Both the position numbers and the translations under genes were made by a program. DNA of 62,074 bases, filler included, from Stramenopiles sp. TOSAG23-2 (taxonomy: Eukaryota), in NCBI GenBank assembly GCA_900128395.1. It is 10 parts of 10 records of this genome, joined end to end, with 100 filler letters (N's around TTAATTAATTAA, not from the genome) between each part and the next. Parts side by side here need not be neighbours in the genome. Positions count along the whole stretch, not along the records: positions 31,146 to 37,262 come from LT650516.1; positions 37,363 to 43,477 come from LT650517.1; positions 43,578 to 49,685 come from LT650518.1; 7 more parts are not named here. One strand, 5' to 3'. Shown here in pieces: positions 31,736-44,203 of the stretch. Under the pieces are notes generated by a model. That model searched no databases, was not told where the DNA came from, and saw only the letters and a list, made by a program, of their open reading frames with translations. Positions within the stretch are counted from its first letter, which is position 1, and each line of letters starts with the position of its first letter.

Positions 31736-34700
31736 ATGAGTCAAGTTATCGACAAAAAAAACACACCATCTATAAAAATAAATCCTGAGGAAACTGCATC
31801 AATATGTAATAAAGCATTTTTTTTATGGACATTTCCAATTTACAACCAATTACGGGACAAAGGGGAAGCCTTGGAATTAGTTGATTTGGTCCCTTTACCT
31901 GCGGATGAAATTCCTGAAAAATTGGTGACGAAATTAAAATTAATAATTGAAAAAAATACAATAAATGGAGTTTGTCAAATTGATATGGGAACAGCAATTT
32001 GGAAATTAATTCAATCAGACATGATTAAAGCATTTTCTTTAATTAACGTTGCTGTTACTACGTATGTTATGATTCCTTTTTGTTTAGCAACCATAGTGGA
32101 AGTACTTGATGGCAAATACCCAGCATATGTTGGTTACGTTGCTGCAGTATCATGGTTCATCATAAATTTTGCAGGCATGGCTACTGGTGGAAATGCGTGG
32201 ACAATGGGGATAAAAGCTGGGCGAAAAGCATTAGTAAGTTAAAATCCTTTCTTTCCCTAAACATATACTGTATAGTAGAATTCGTTTCTAACATATCACT
32301 TTAATTCTTCATATACACTATATTCCACAAAAAGGCTGCAGTTTCTGTTGTTTTATTTGAAAAACCAGTATTGCTAACATCAAAAGCACGTGCAAAATTT
32401 ACGGAAGGCGAAGTATTGAATTTAATGTCAATGGATGGGCAGACTGTGGTACAATTTATCATGATGACAAATATTTTTGCTGTGATTCCTGTCTTATTAT
32501 TGGTTCCATTAATTTTTCTATGTTTTGTGATGGGTTGGCCAACACTGGTAGGAATTTTTATAATGGCATTGAATGTATTTATATGTGATTATTATGGGAA
32601 AAAAGTTGAAACATTGCAAGAGGAAAAAAATACATTATCTGATGAACGGTCGAGCATTTTAAATGAAATTTTTCAAGGTATACGCACCGTTAAATTAAAT
32701 GCATGGGAAACGAGTGTTGCAGCACGAGTAAAAAAAGTAAGGAAAAAAGAAATCAATGTTATAAGCAAAATGAATCAATACAGAGCATTGCAAACATCAT
32801 TATCATGGGCAACACCTGCTATTGCAATGATGTTATCATTTGTTTTATATTCTCAATACATAAATAAACTTACCCCTGCATTTGTATTTTTAGCATTGCC
32901 TTTATTTACACAAGCAAACTTAGCACTAGTAATAATACCGATGTTAATTAATGAATATCGACGTTATCTTGAAAGTACAAAAAGGTTAGGAGCGTATTTA
33001 TTTGTTCCAAATGATTATAAAAAATTAGAATTAAGTGAAGGTGATGGGCATGTTATAGTTGAAAATGCTACGTTTGAATGGGGAGTCAGTTTAAAGAAAA
33101 ATGAAGAGCAAGACCCACTACGCAAAGGACAAAATATTCAAACAGGTAAGAAAGAAGATACGAAAACGGAAGGAATTGAATTGGTTGACAAAAAGAAACA
33201 AGATGACAAAGGATTTGTATTAGAAAACATTATGTTTGAAATGAAACCAAAACAATTAATTGCTGTAGTTGGAAGAGTAGCTAGTGGTAAATCTACACTG
33301 GGGGCATCGATATTAGGCTTAGTTACAAAAACCAACGGAATATTAACTGTAAAAGGTAAAACGGCATATGTTTCACAAGAGGCATTTATAATGAATGAAA
33401 CAGTCCGTGAAAATATTTTATTTGGCAATGAATTTGAGCAAGAACGCTATGATATGACAGTAAAAGCATGTGAGATGTCAAGTGATATGGAATTATTTGT
33501 AAATAAAGATATGACACAAGTTGGAGAGAAAGGAATAACGATTTCCGGTGGCCAACGACAACGGATTGCAATAGCAAGAGCTGCATATTCGAAAACGAAT
33601 GTTATTATATTTGATGATCCACTATCTGCTATGGATGCACATGTTGGTAAATCAGTATTTGATAATTGTATATCAAATAATTCTATTATGAAAGATAGAA
33701 CACGTATTTTTATTACGAACCAATTGCAATATTGCGAAGACTGTGATTACATTTTATGCATGGATAATGGAGTCATTGTTGAACAGGGGACATATGATGA
33801 ATTAATGAATGAAAAAAATGATAATAGTAATGAAAATAAATTTAATTTCTTTCGTAATTTGAATGCCCATCAAGTTGGTATATCAAGTGAGAATATTGTT
33901 GATGCTACCACCACTACTACTACTACTAGTAGTACTAATTCTAGTAGTGATAGCATTAATGATTTGAATGATACTAATAATAAAAATGATATGGTTAAAA
34001 ACATATCAGATGCTCATGTTAATAGTGATAATAATAATAACAATACTTTTACAAAACAAATAAATAAAAAAAAGGATGATCAAAAATCTCAATCAAATGT
34101 TGATTATGATCTTGATTTAATTATGATTGAGGAATTAAAAGGTACTGGACGAGTTGGCATGAGTGAAATGTATCGTACAGCTAAGCGTGCAGGGACATTG
34201 ATGCAATTTGCTTTTGTCGTTTTTTTTATTGCTACTGTACCATTCATATATTGGACCATGACATTATTTCTAGCACTATGGTCAGAGGATGGCTCTACTA
34301 AAATGGAAGGACCAATGTTATATTATATAATTATGGCCATTTTATATGCATTTGGTGTTGCATTTTTGATTATTACAGTAAATGATTTCTTTTTAAAAAA
34401 TAGTGAACGTTTACATAATGAAATGTTAGATGCTGTATTGGAATGCCCTATGAGATGGTTTGATACTACGCCAGTCGGTAGGATTATGAACAGATTCAAT
34501 AATGATATTATGAATTTTGATTTATCAAGTCCACGTAATTTTGAACAATTGGTAAATGAATTTGGTCGATTATGGATTGGTATTTTGCCATTATGTTTTT
34601 TAGCACCACCATTAATAATAATTGCTATACCCTTTACTTTCATCTGTTATTTTTTCTTTCAAATATACGCACGTATTTCATTAATAGTTCATCGTTTATA

Positions 34701-35985
34701 TTTAGTTGCAAACTCCCCGGTATTAGCTGCATTTTCAGCGTGGCTTCAAGGGTTAGATACCATTCGAGCATTTGATAAAGTTGGTAGATTTAAATCGATA
34801 TTTACTGTAAATCATGCGTTGTTAATAACAGCAATGAATAATAGTAGTGCCATTGATCGTTTATTTATTCAATTTACACCTCCGATGATTATCAATAATT
34901 GTACCATTTTAGTTGCCATTGGGTTAATTTTAATGAAAGATATGACAGTTGGAGAAACGAATGAAAAATTTATATCACCAGGACTTGGTGGTCTTATTTT
35001 AACCGGCATGATAGAGCTATGTTTTCGTTTGCCACATTATTTTTGGTTACATAGTACACAGGAACGATTTCTGGCAAGTGGGAAAAGAATTGTGGAATAT
35101 GCAGATTTAATCCCTGAAAAATCATCTACGTTAACGAAGAAAGTAGGCAACGATGATGAGGATGATACAATAATGGTTGACAAAGAATGGCCAAGAAATG
35201 GTGTAATTGTTTTTCATAATGTTTCGATGCGATATCGAGAAAAGCTTCCATTGGTATTAAAGTCAGTGTCATTTTCAATACAAGATGGGGAAAGAGTTGC
35301 TATTGTTGGTAGGACTGGTGCTGGCAAGTCATCAATCTTATTAACTTTATTGAGGATGATGGAAATAGAATCAGGAAATGTAAAGGTTGATGGGGTAGAT
35401 ATTAAAAGCGTTAGTGGCCGTACATTGAGAAGTCGCTTTGGCATGATACCGCAAGATAGCTTTATATTGCAAGGTACCATACGTAGTAATTTAGACTTAG
35501 AAGGTACTTGTGATGATGATGCACTGTGGGAAGTATTGGAATTAGTAGATTTAAAGAAATTAGTAGAAAGTTTTGATGAGAAATTAGATCATCGAGTGGA
35601 AGAACGAGGTAGTAATCTGTCTGCTGGTACTGTTCAATTAATATGTTTAGCACGAGTTTTGATTGATAATCCTAAAATAATTATCATGGATGAAGCAACA
35701 TCAAGTGTAGATATTGAAACAGATGCATTGGTTCAAACCACTATTCGACAAGTATGTAAAGGAAAAACAATTATATCAATTGCGCATAGATTACAAACTG
35801 TTATTGATTTTGATAAAGTGTTAGTTTTAAATGAAGGCGAGGTAGCAGAATTTAATCATCCACATTTATTATTACAAAATGAGGATGGAATCTTCTCTTC
35901 TTTGGTGAAAGATACAGGTGAAACAAGTGCAACGGAGTTATTGCGACGAGCAAAAGAGGCATATGATGATGTGGAAAGTATTTAA
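31736..35985 (+). CDS. ABC transporter subfamily C (MRP-like), 2 exons (31736-32233, 32335-35985)
   Basis: Two TMDs and two NBDs (GRVASGKS/ISGGQRQR; GRTGAGKS/LSAG...DEATS). Intron 32234-32334 with GTAAGT donor, TTCTAAC branch point and AAG acceptor joins the two ORFs in frame. Confidence 0.93.
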
Positions 35986-36173
35986 AATAATACGAATGAT
36001 ACTCTCACGCATTATTACCAACATCATTATATGATATTTAATTGACAATTGTGCGAGATTTTAAAATGTTTTTTAAAAAATTTAAAAAACGTGTTTATAA
36101 TTATATTATCATATTGATTAATGTGTGATTATTCGTACATAGGCCAGAAAAGTTTTACCATTATCGTATATAT

Positions 36174-36254
36174 TATATAAAATGTTCTCTTACTCATATA
36201 TTATATAAATTTCTTTTACTCCCGTTCATTAACATTTCAAATCAAAAGTGATTT
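36174..36254 (-). repeat. ~81-bp dispersed repeat (copy of 25222-25302)
   Basis: Reverse-complement match to 25222-25302. Confidence 0.8.
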
Positions 36255-36810
36255 ATAAAGTTTAGTAAAAATTATTTAGTATTCAAAAGATTGTTCCTCT
36301 GTCTGTGATTCAGAGTTAGACGAAAGAGGTACTCCTTCATAAAGTTGTAAATCACATTGTTTAATCAATCTAAATGTTTTTATATTGTCGTTATCCAATT
36401 TAACTTTTTTAAGTTTCCATCCTTACGTGAGGTCGCCTCAATAACTGTCCCTCTACTTCATATATATAATTATATATATACGAGTAATTCTTATTTCGTG
36501 TTAAATCATTTTGATTTACGGAACGAACGAAGATGTACGTATATTTTAAATTTTATAATAAATCAAAAGAAATATAATTTCAATCAACAAAGAAAAAAAA
36601 TAAATAATATCATAGAGATTGGAGTAATTGAGCGTAGTAGTATTTCCCACGGAAAGCGGAAAGAAAAATTACTACGTATAACTTAGATTTTAACCACATC
36701 ATTATATTATGAAAATAATAGAAAGAGATTTCTTTTTTCACGCGCGTTAATATTTAATTAAAAGTACGAGAACAAATATGATCTATGGTGGGTGTTAATT
36801 ACGAGTATTT

Positions 36811-37209
36811 TTAATGATGTTTCTTCTTTTTCTGTTTTTTCTTTTTTTTTTTTTCTGTTTGTCTTTGTGCAAGATCCATACCTTTTCCATTCATAATAGC
36901 TTCAATATCCATTTTATGTCTCATTTTTTCTTTCTTTTTCTTTTCTTTTTTCTTTTTCTTTTTTGCTTTTGCTCTTGCTTCCTCATCTTCGGATGATTCA
37001 TCATCACTACTTTCAATTGGAGCGGTCGATATGCCAGCTTTATTTAATGTTTTTTCGGAATGTGGACTTGATCTAAGAACTGCTTCTACAAATAAATTAA
37101 ATGCATCTTCAGAATGCATTTGTGTCATATCTAAAAAAGCTTCAATATATTCATCTTTTGTTAATCTCCTGTTATTATCAAAATCGATTTTTTTAAATTG
37201 GGCTTGTAT
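36811..37209 (-). CDS. Terminal exon of an EF-hand protein with Lys-rich tail (5' part missing)
   Basis: TAG acceptor at 37210-37212, then QAQFKKIDFDNNRRLTKDEY (EF-hand-like loop) in frame with the 36811-37128 ORF. Confidence 0.6.
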   Translation of the reverse strand: MQAQFKKIDFDNNRRLTKDEYIEAFLDMTQMHSEDAFNLFVEAVLRSSPHSEKTLNKAGISTAPIESSDDESSEDEEARAKAKKKKKKEKKKKEKMRHKMDIEAIMNGKGMDLAQRQTEKKKKKKQKKKKHH

Positions 37210-38155
37210 CTACAAGGATGGAAGAAGAAAGGTAGATTGACAAACGAATTGTCAACAAGTATNNNNNNNNNNNNNNNNNNNNNNNNNNNNNNNNNNNNNN
37301 NNNNNNTTAATTAATTAANNNNNNNNNNNNNNNNNNNNNNNNNNNNNNNNNNNNNNNNNNNNAAAAAAAAAAAAAAAAAAATACTACTACTAACACACAT
37401 TTGTTGGTATTTTAATTACAAATATATATGACATATGTACATAGATAGATAGATATACATTGAGAGAGAGATTGACAGAGAGAGAGAGATTGACACATAT
37501 ACATAGATACATACATTGACAGAGAGATACCTTGAGAAATATATATATATTATATATTATATATATATTTTTAATCAAGATCAAATAAATAATAATAATA
37601 ATAATATAAATAATGACACGATTAGGAAGTCATGATGGATTTCATCGTGGTGAATTGTAAAATATAATATACGTTCGTACGAACTTTGTAAAAAGAAGAG
37701 AGAGAGAGAGCGAGAGAGAGGAAAAAGAAAGAAAGGAACGTGTGATTTATGTGATACATTGCCATATGCAAGAGTCAAAAAAATAAAATCACATGTTTAC
37801 GTATATATATCATATGTATTTATATTCAGCAGATATAATAAAATACAGGTATTCTAAATGCTATATATGAACAATGAACAAATAACAAATATCATCAATA
37901 ATCATTTCAGCGATAATACATAATTATGGAGAGAAGTGTGAAACGATACATTCAAATATACAGTACATACATATATATATATATACATATATTCAACATA
38001 TATAAAAAATGTTAACAGGTACATCATATATATATATATAATTGACGAATAATACAACAAGATCAAGTATCATACCCTTATCAATATATTTTACAAAAGT
38101 ATTATATATATACAAATAATACACAAGAAGATCAAGTACCAATTAATTAATCAAC

Positions 38156-39106
38156 ATGATAAATTTTTCTATAATATACTTATCATTGTTTCTATTTTTA
38201 TTCATATCAATTACAATTGCAACAAATAATGCAAATGAAGAATTTCCATATCCATCCTCTATTAATTCACCTGGAACACAAGATCAAGTTGATAGTCCGA
38301 TTATTTATTCAATGGGGTACATCTGGCAAAATACAACTTTGAAAGCCAATACACCAGTAGCATCTTTTGATCTTTCAAGTGATGCAATTCCACAGAGTTT
38401 GGATTGGCGTACCAAAGGTGTAGTAACACCAGTCAAAACACAAGGGCACTGTGGTTCGTGTTGGGCTTTTAGTGCAGTGGAGACTATAGAATCGGCACTA
38501 GCAATCACAACAGGTGAAGCGCCAGTATCTTTGTCCGTTGAACAAATTCTTGTATGTTGCAAGACGGTGGTACATTCACAGTGTTCCTCGTGTATGGGTG
38601 GTGATCCTATTGCTGCTTACCGCTATATACAAGAAAATTCAACAGGACTTGATGCCACGACAGACTACCCATACAATCCAGCAACAGATCCATTTGACCC
38701 ACCAGCATGTAAAGCTGCTTCAAACAAACCGGTTGCGAAAGTCACTTCATGGGCATATGCAGTCCCACGATGTGCTGGGGAAGGTTCTTGTGCGGATGGT
38801 GCTAAGAAAGAAACAGCATTGATGGCCGCGGTCGCACAAAATGGACCAGTTAGCATATGTATCGATGCGGAACATAGTTTCATCAATTATAAATCTGGTA
38901 TTTATAATGGACCATGTTCGACAAAGGTGGTTCGACAAAATCATTGCGTTAGTATTGTTGGTTATGATGCTCAGGAAAAGTATTGGCTAGTGCGAAATAC
39001 GTGGGGGAAAAGCTGGGGTGAAGATGGTTACATTCGTATGGCAATGGGTAGTAATTTGTGTGGGATTACAAATGAAGCTACCATTGTAAATGTAACAAAG
39101 GCATGA
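38156..39106 (+). CDS. Papain-family (C1A) cysteine protease
   Basis: Signal peptide, IPQSLDWR, QGHCGSCWAFS (Gln/Cys), QNHCV (His), VRNTWG (Asn). Confidence 0.93.
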   Translation: MINFSIIYLSLFLFLFISITIATNNANEEFPYPSSINSPGTQDQVDSPIIYSMGYIWQNTTLKANTPVASFDLSSDAIPQSLDWRTKGVVTPVKTQGHCGSCWAFSAVETIESALAITTGEAPVSLSVEQILVCCKTVVHSQCSSCMGGDPIAAYRYIQENSTGLDATTDYPYNPATDPFDPPACKAASNKPVAKVTSWAYAVPRCAGEGSCADGAKKETALMAAVAQNGPVSICIDAEHSFINYKSGIYNGPCSTKVVRQNHCVSIVGYDAQEKYWLVRNTWGKSWGEDGYIRMAMGSNLCGITNEATIVNVTKA

Positions 39107-39430
39107 GATAAGGTGTACATATGAAATATCACACACATGAGAGTCATTGAGTCAAATGAAGGTGTAAAAAAAAATTTTGTCAAAGGAAAAAATGTGGTGC
39201 AAAAATACCGCGCGTAAAATATAACATATAATACGAACTGTATATATATAATAATATAATAATATTTTTTAAAATTTTACATGCAACTGTCTCGGTATTT
39301 TTACCCCCTACGAATATAGATATATACGAACTCGTACTTTTCATTAAATGTTTTATACTCGTACATATAAATATTGTTTGACATTAATATTTAATATTTA
39401 AAATATTTCGTTAACACGGTATTAATATTA

Positions 39431-41497
39431 TTAACCCCCATCCCTAGCTGCTAATAATAATATTTGTCCAACTGTAGCACCAACTGTACCTAATAATGTA
39501 AATATTGCACCAAGCATTTTTTTATCGACTGGAAAAGAAAGTATGCGTAACATATCTACTTCACTTTCACTTTTTAATTCTTGTTCAATTGCTACAAATG
39601 CATCTGCAACACGTTCAGCCTCTGCAATTGCTTTTTCACCACCTTGTTGTTGGTAATTTTGTAAAATATTTTTTCGATTAAATTCCAATTCTCCTTTATA
39701 CCTTCGTACATGACGTAATATAGCATTTCGCTGTAATAATAATTGTTTATTAGCACGAATGCCACTTAATACTATCACAACAAAGGCGCCTAAGAAAGAT
39801 ATTAACCAAAAGGCTAACAATACGTTACCAGTCGTTAATTTAATCGTAACAGTTTCTTCACTTAATCCAACAAAAATACGAATGGTTTGATATAATCCAG
39901 CACTTGCAATGATGACAAAAAATGCACCTAAGAAATGTTCACATCGTGCGACATATTCAATACCAAAATTTCGAAAGACATCACGTCCTTTGACCCATAA
40001 ATATACATTACTTGCTAAACCTTTTAATTTTGGTAATTTATTTAATAAATTATCTTTTTCGCTTTTTTCTAAACGTCTAGCATCATCATGTGTACGTGGT
40101 ATTAAAAATTCAAAATATGTTGCAGACATACACCATCTACGATCAAATAAAACTTTTGTCGCGTATGCAAATGAGATACAACTACCAGCAACGCTAATAG
40201 TAGCAATAAAATTGCAAATTAATAAAATTATTTCAAATATGGTTGAACCAAATGGTGGTTTATTTAATATAATACGTACCACAGGTCCAATTAACCCTGC
40301 AACAAATGGAATAAACCAAACATACGTTGGCATTGCATGTTTTCTAGTAGCTCTTGCTGCAACATATATCAAAATATCTCTTAATGATATTTCATCATTT
40401 CGTTTATTATTATTGTTGTTATTACGAAGTTCAAGTTGGCTTAATGGATGTACTTTGTTATTATTATTACTATTATTTCTTTGCGATATGAAAGATGGTG
40501 ATGATTTTGGTGTATTATTTTTGTTATCATCTTTATTGCTTTGATCTGGTTTTAAGGCATCATTCATTCGTTGCAACATATGTTTTTCTATATTATTATT
40601 TAAATGAAAAAATGAATCTTCACTAGCACTTTTTATTGTATTACCGGATCTCCACAATGCTAAATCTAATTGATATAATATAGAATCTGCAGCAACTTTT
40701 GGATCTGTCCATGCTAAAATTTGCTCTTGGCTTGCACGAATGGCACTTCTACCTTCCTTTCGAATTGTAATTAAATTTCTTCTAGGTAAATATGCATATT
40801 TTACACCAATGACATACATTCGTAATAAAAACAACGCAGTACATATACAACATTCTAATAAATCGACATTGGGATTCTTGTCATTTTGCGTAGTCCAGAC
40901 ATATATACCAACTATTTGTATAGCAGCCACAAAATTTAAAAAAATATTCATACACCAAAATTTAAAGGAACGTGTAACATGATCAGATTTAAAATTTGGT
41001 ATATATGCAGCATTTAATGCACCATGGTATTTTGATATTGGCAATATAAATGGCCATGCAAATATGTTAATATATGCATATAATGTTTGGCAAATGAATT
41101 CTTCTATGAATGATTGAACATTAAAATGTACTTCTTTATCTTCATTTAAAAATTTAGAATCGATATGCGAAGTAACATTTGTTTTTGCTAATTGTATAGT
41201 ATCTATTGTAGTATTTGTTTTGATTGGACGGTGGAAACCTAAATTTGGTCTTTTTACCATGTTTGCTTTTTTTTCTAGTTGATGATGTGATTTTTCACGT
41301 TGTATTAAACGTGCTTTTAAATGATTATGATGTTGCAATGCTTCTTTATTTTCATGTTTTATAAATTCGTTATCATCTTTTTCTCCCCAATTTAATATAC
41401 TATTAATTTCTTCATTGTCATCTTCTATTATATATATTTCGTTATTGTTGTTGTTGTTATTCATATTTATGTTATTGTTGTTGTTGTTCTTAAACAT
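39431..41497 (-). CDS. Multi-pass membrane protein of unknown function
   Basis: 688-aa ORF with about 8 hydrophobic segments and Asn-rich loops. Confidence 0.7.
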   Translation of the reverse strand: MFKNNNNNNINMNNNNNNNEIYIIEDDNEEINSILNWGEKDDNEFIKHENKEALQHHNHLKARLIQREKSHHQLEKKANMVKRPNLGFHRPIKTNTTIDTIQLAKTNVTSHIDSKFLNEDKEVHFNVQSFIEEFICQTLYAYINIFAWPFILPISKYHGALNAAYIPNFKSDHVTRSFKFWCMNIFLNFVAAIQIVGIYVWTTQNDKNPNVDLLECCICTALFLLRMYVIGVKYAYLPRRNLITIRKEGRSAIRASQEQILAWTDPKVAADSILYQLDLALWRSGNTIKSASEDSFFHLNNNIEKHMLQRMNDALKPDQSNKDDNKNNTPKSSPSFISQRNNSNNNNKVHPLSQLELRNNNNNNKRNDEISLRDILIYVAARATRKHAMPTYVWFIPFVAGLIGPVVRIILNKPPFGSTIFEIILLICNFIATISVAGSCISFAYATKVLFDRRWCMSATYFEFLIPRTHDDARRLEKSEKDNLLNKLPKLKGLASNVYLWVKGRDVFRNFGIEYVARCEHFLGAFFVIIASAGLYQTIRIFVGLSEETVTIKLTTGNVLLAFWLISFLGAFVVIVLSGIRANKQLLLQRNAILRHVRRYKGELEFNRKNILQNYQQQGGEKAIAEAERVADAFVAIEQELKSESEVDMLRILSFPVDKKMLGAIFTLLGTVGATVGQILLLAARDGG

Positions 41498-42055
41498 TGT
41501 ACATAGTTGATATATAATGTAAAATGATATCTGTGTATATATCTGTATGGGAGAGCTATCTTGAATCTCTCATGATTCTCTTTCTACATCTATTTTATAT
41601 GTTTTTATGTACACATTTCAGTAGTAACAACTTGCTGCTGCGTATAACTTCATCACGTTTTCTTCATCATCATCATAATCATAATTAATAGTTGTTCTTT
41701 TCCGGTTTTCTTTCCGTTCTATTATTAGAATCACACTTTTTTTGATCGGAATTATAGACGTAGGTAAGGAAAAGTACAATACTAAAATATATAGAAAAAG
41801 AAATGGATATATCTCCCTGATATTTTTAATACATGGAGTTTCAAAAAAACAACATGTATAAATAATAATTTATTGTATATTTCATATATATAGTCATTAT
41901 TGTTCCGAAGGTGTATGGGTTGTCAAAAAAAAACAACGAGCTGATGATAATTTTTTATCTACTGTCACACGTATCTATATATTATTGGGACATTGTACCG
42001 CCCAAATAATATTCTGTTTTAATAATATTCTGTTTTAATCATAAAATATTTATTT

Positions 42056-43273
42056 ATGACCATGTTGTTAAATAATATATTTATCTTTTTTATTGTTATT
42101 ATTATTGTTGGAATTGCTGATGCTAGTAATGTTTTTGATGTAAATAATATAACTAACAAAGTATTTATACCTGGTGAGAATAATTATGTAGCATTTCGAA
42201 TTCCCGGTATCAAAGTTGTCGATTCAAAAAATATTTTAGTATTTGCAGAGGGTAGACGTTATGGGTGTAGTGATTATGCTGGGGAACATGATATTGTCTT
42301 TAAAAGGAGTCTAGATGCAGGGAAAACATGGTCAAAAATAAATGTATTAATGAATCCATATGAAATGTTTGGTGAATCTATTTGTCCCACAATTAACAAA
42401 ACATCTACGACAAATGCATGTCAATTTTGGGATCCAACACCAGTTTACGACAAAGATACAAAGATTTTACATGTTTTAACCGCATTTTCAAACTCAGCAA
42501 AGCATCGTATGTCAAGTGCAATGTGGGTTTATTCAATTACTTCAAATGATTTAGGTGCTACATGGAATAGTCCTACAAATATTACAAATCAAATTTTAAG
42601 TTTAAAATATGGTGTTCCAACCCCAAGTAATGGTCACGGTATACAATTAAGTAATGGAAAATTAATTGTACCAAATTATGTGAAACTAAATGGTGTTTCA
42701 GCAGTAATGTCAGGTATATTTTATTCAGATGATCATGGGAAAACATGGCAATTTGCGGAAACATCTTTAGTTGGTCTAGGTACAAGTGAAAGTGAAGTTG
42801 TTGAATTATATCCTTCTTCTACATCAGAAGCATCCCCAGTATCAACACTTTTATTTAATCATCGCCGTGCACCAAATGCCCAAATAGATACAGAATGTGA
42901 TGGTAAATCTGGAAATCAAGATGGTTGTAGATGGCAAAGTATTAGCCATGATGGTGGCATGACATTCAACCACTTTCATGCAATGCCGCATTTACCTGAT
43001 CCGTCAAACAAAGGCGGCATTTGTCGATACAAGGAAAAAAGGGCATTGTTATTTACTAACACGGCAACTGATATTAATCAAAGTCGTGTAAATGTGACAT
43101 TAAGAATCAGTTATGACAATGGCAATCATTGGTCGGATGGTATTTTAATATCTTATTGGGGTGGGTACTCTGATGTAGAAACAATTATAGATTCTAGTGG
43201 TAAATCAAAGGCAGCAGTTATATATGAAAATAATACATGTGCAATCAACATAAATCTTGTTGACTTGCCATAA
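42056..43273 (+). CDS. Secreted sialidase (GH33)
   Basis: Signal peptide, FRIP motif, several Asp-boxes (SLDAGKTW, SNDLGATW, SDDHGKTW, SHDGGMTF, SYDNGNHW), SES glutamate and GYSD tyrosine. Confidence 0.9.
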   Translation: MTMLLNNIFIFFIVIIIVGIADASNVFDVNNITNKVFIPGENNYVAFRIPGIKVVDSKNILVFAEGRRYGCSDYAGEHDIVFKRSLDAGKTWSKINVLMNPYEMFGESICPTINKTSTTNACQFWDPTPVYDKDTKILHVLTAFSNSAKHRMSSAMWVYSITSNDLGATWNSPTNITNQILSLKYGVPTPSNGHGIQLSNGKLIVPNYVKLNGVSAVMSGIFYSDDHGKTWQFAETSLVGLGTSESEVVELYPSSTSEASPVSTLLFNHRRAPNAQIDTECDGKSGNQDGCRWQSISHDGGMTFNHFHAMPHLPDPSNKGGICRYKEKRALLFTNTATDINQSRVNVTLRISYDNGNHWSDGILISYWGGYSDVETIIDSSGKSKAAVIYENNTCAININLVDLP

Positions 43274-43577
43274 TTTTCTTTTCTCTACCAGGTACTATAA
43301 AATTCTGCAAATGGTAAAAAGGTGCTAAAATCATCGACCTGAGACCACACACTGTTAATTATTATTTGGATGAAAATTATACCTTAAGTAGCATATTAGT
43401 TAGTGTATAGCTCTAGAATATTTTCTCCCCGATCCTATTCCCATACTAAATCACATGTATGCTATGTCTATGTTATTNNNNNNNNNNNNNNNNNNNNNNN
43501 NNNNNNNNNNNNNNNNNNNNNTTAATTAATTAANNNNNNNNNNNNNNNNNNNNNNNNNNNNNNNNNNNNNNNNNNNN

Positions 43578-44042
43578 TTTATGAATCTTCATCCTTTTCA
43601 TAAGTATATTACTAATCGTGATGTGAATGGCTGCAGAGATGAGATGATATTGAAAGATATGGTGAGTCAAGAAGGTAAAAATATTGGTGGTTATGAATTT
43701 ACACCTTTAATGGCAGCTGCAAACTACGAACATTTCCAAGTAGTTAAATATTTAATTGAACAAGGTGAAGCTGATCCTAACATTGCAAATAGTGATGGAG
43801 TGAATGCATTACATTTGGCAGCAGGTACTAACAGAACGAATACTGAGTTGATTGAATTGTTATTAACTCATATGTCTCTTAATAGCATTAATAAGAAGCA
43901 GTCCGGGGGGTGCACTCCCCTGGACAGGGCATATCATTTTAATCGTAGTCCAATTCGCCAAGAGATCATTGCACTTTTACGTTCAAAAGGTGGAAAAGCA
44001 AATTATCATGATGAAAATGGTAGAAGAGTTAGAGGAAGGTAG
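43578..44042 (+). CDS. Ankyrin-repeat protein, probably 5' truncated
   Basis: FTPLMAAA, NALHLAA and CTPLDRA repeats at the contig edge. Confidence 0.75.
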   Translation, partial: FMNLHPFHKYITNRDVNGCRDEMILKDMVSQEGKNIGGYEFTPLMAAANYEHFQVVKYLIEQGEADPNIANSDGVNALHLAAGTNRTNTELIELLLTHMSLNSINKKQSGGCTPLDRAYHFNRSPIRQEIIALLRSKGGKANYHDENGRRVRGR

Positions 44043-44203
44043 AGGTGAGAGATCTAAAATCATTTTAAAAAACTACTTCTCGGAGGTATAGCAGTAAATT
44101 TTGGGGGAGAGCAAAAAATCTCTACACCCAGCAATGTTGTAATTTTTATAATATAAAATATGCACACACTGAGAAATGCGCACCACACCCCTCTCTTTTA
44201 GTT

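Noticed and set aside
39909-40544. Antisense and alternative-frame ORFs (e.g. 39909-40544, 61038-61643, 6302-6760, 14408-14806)
   Set aside because: These are shadows of well-supported genes or low-complexity repeats, with no independent motifs.
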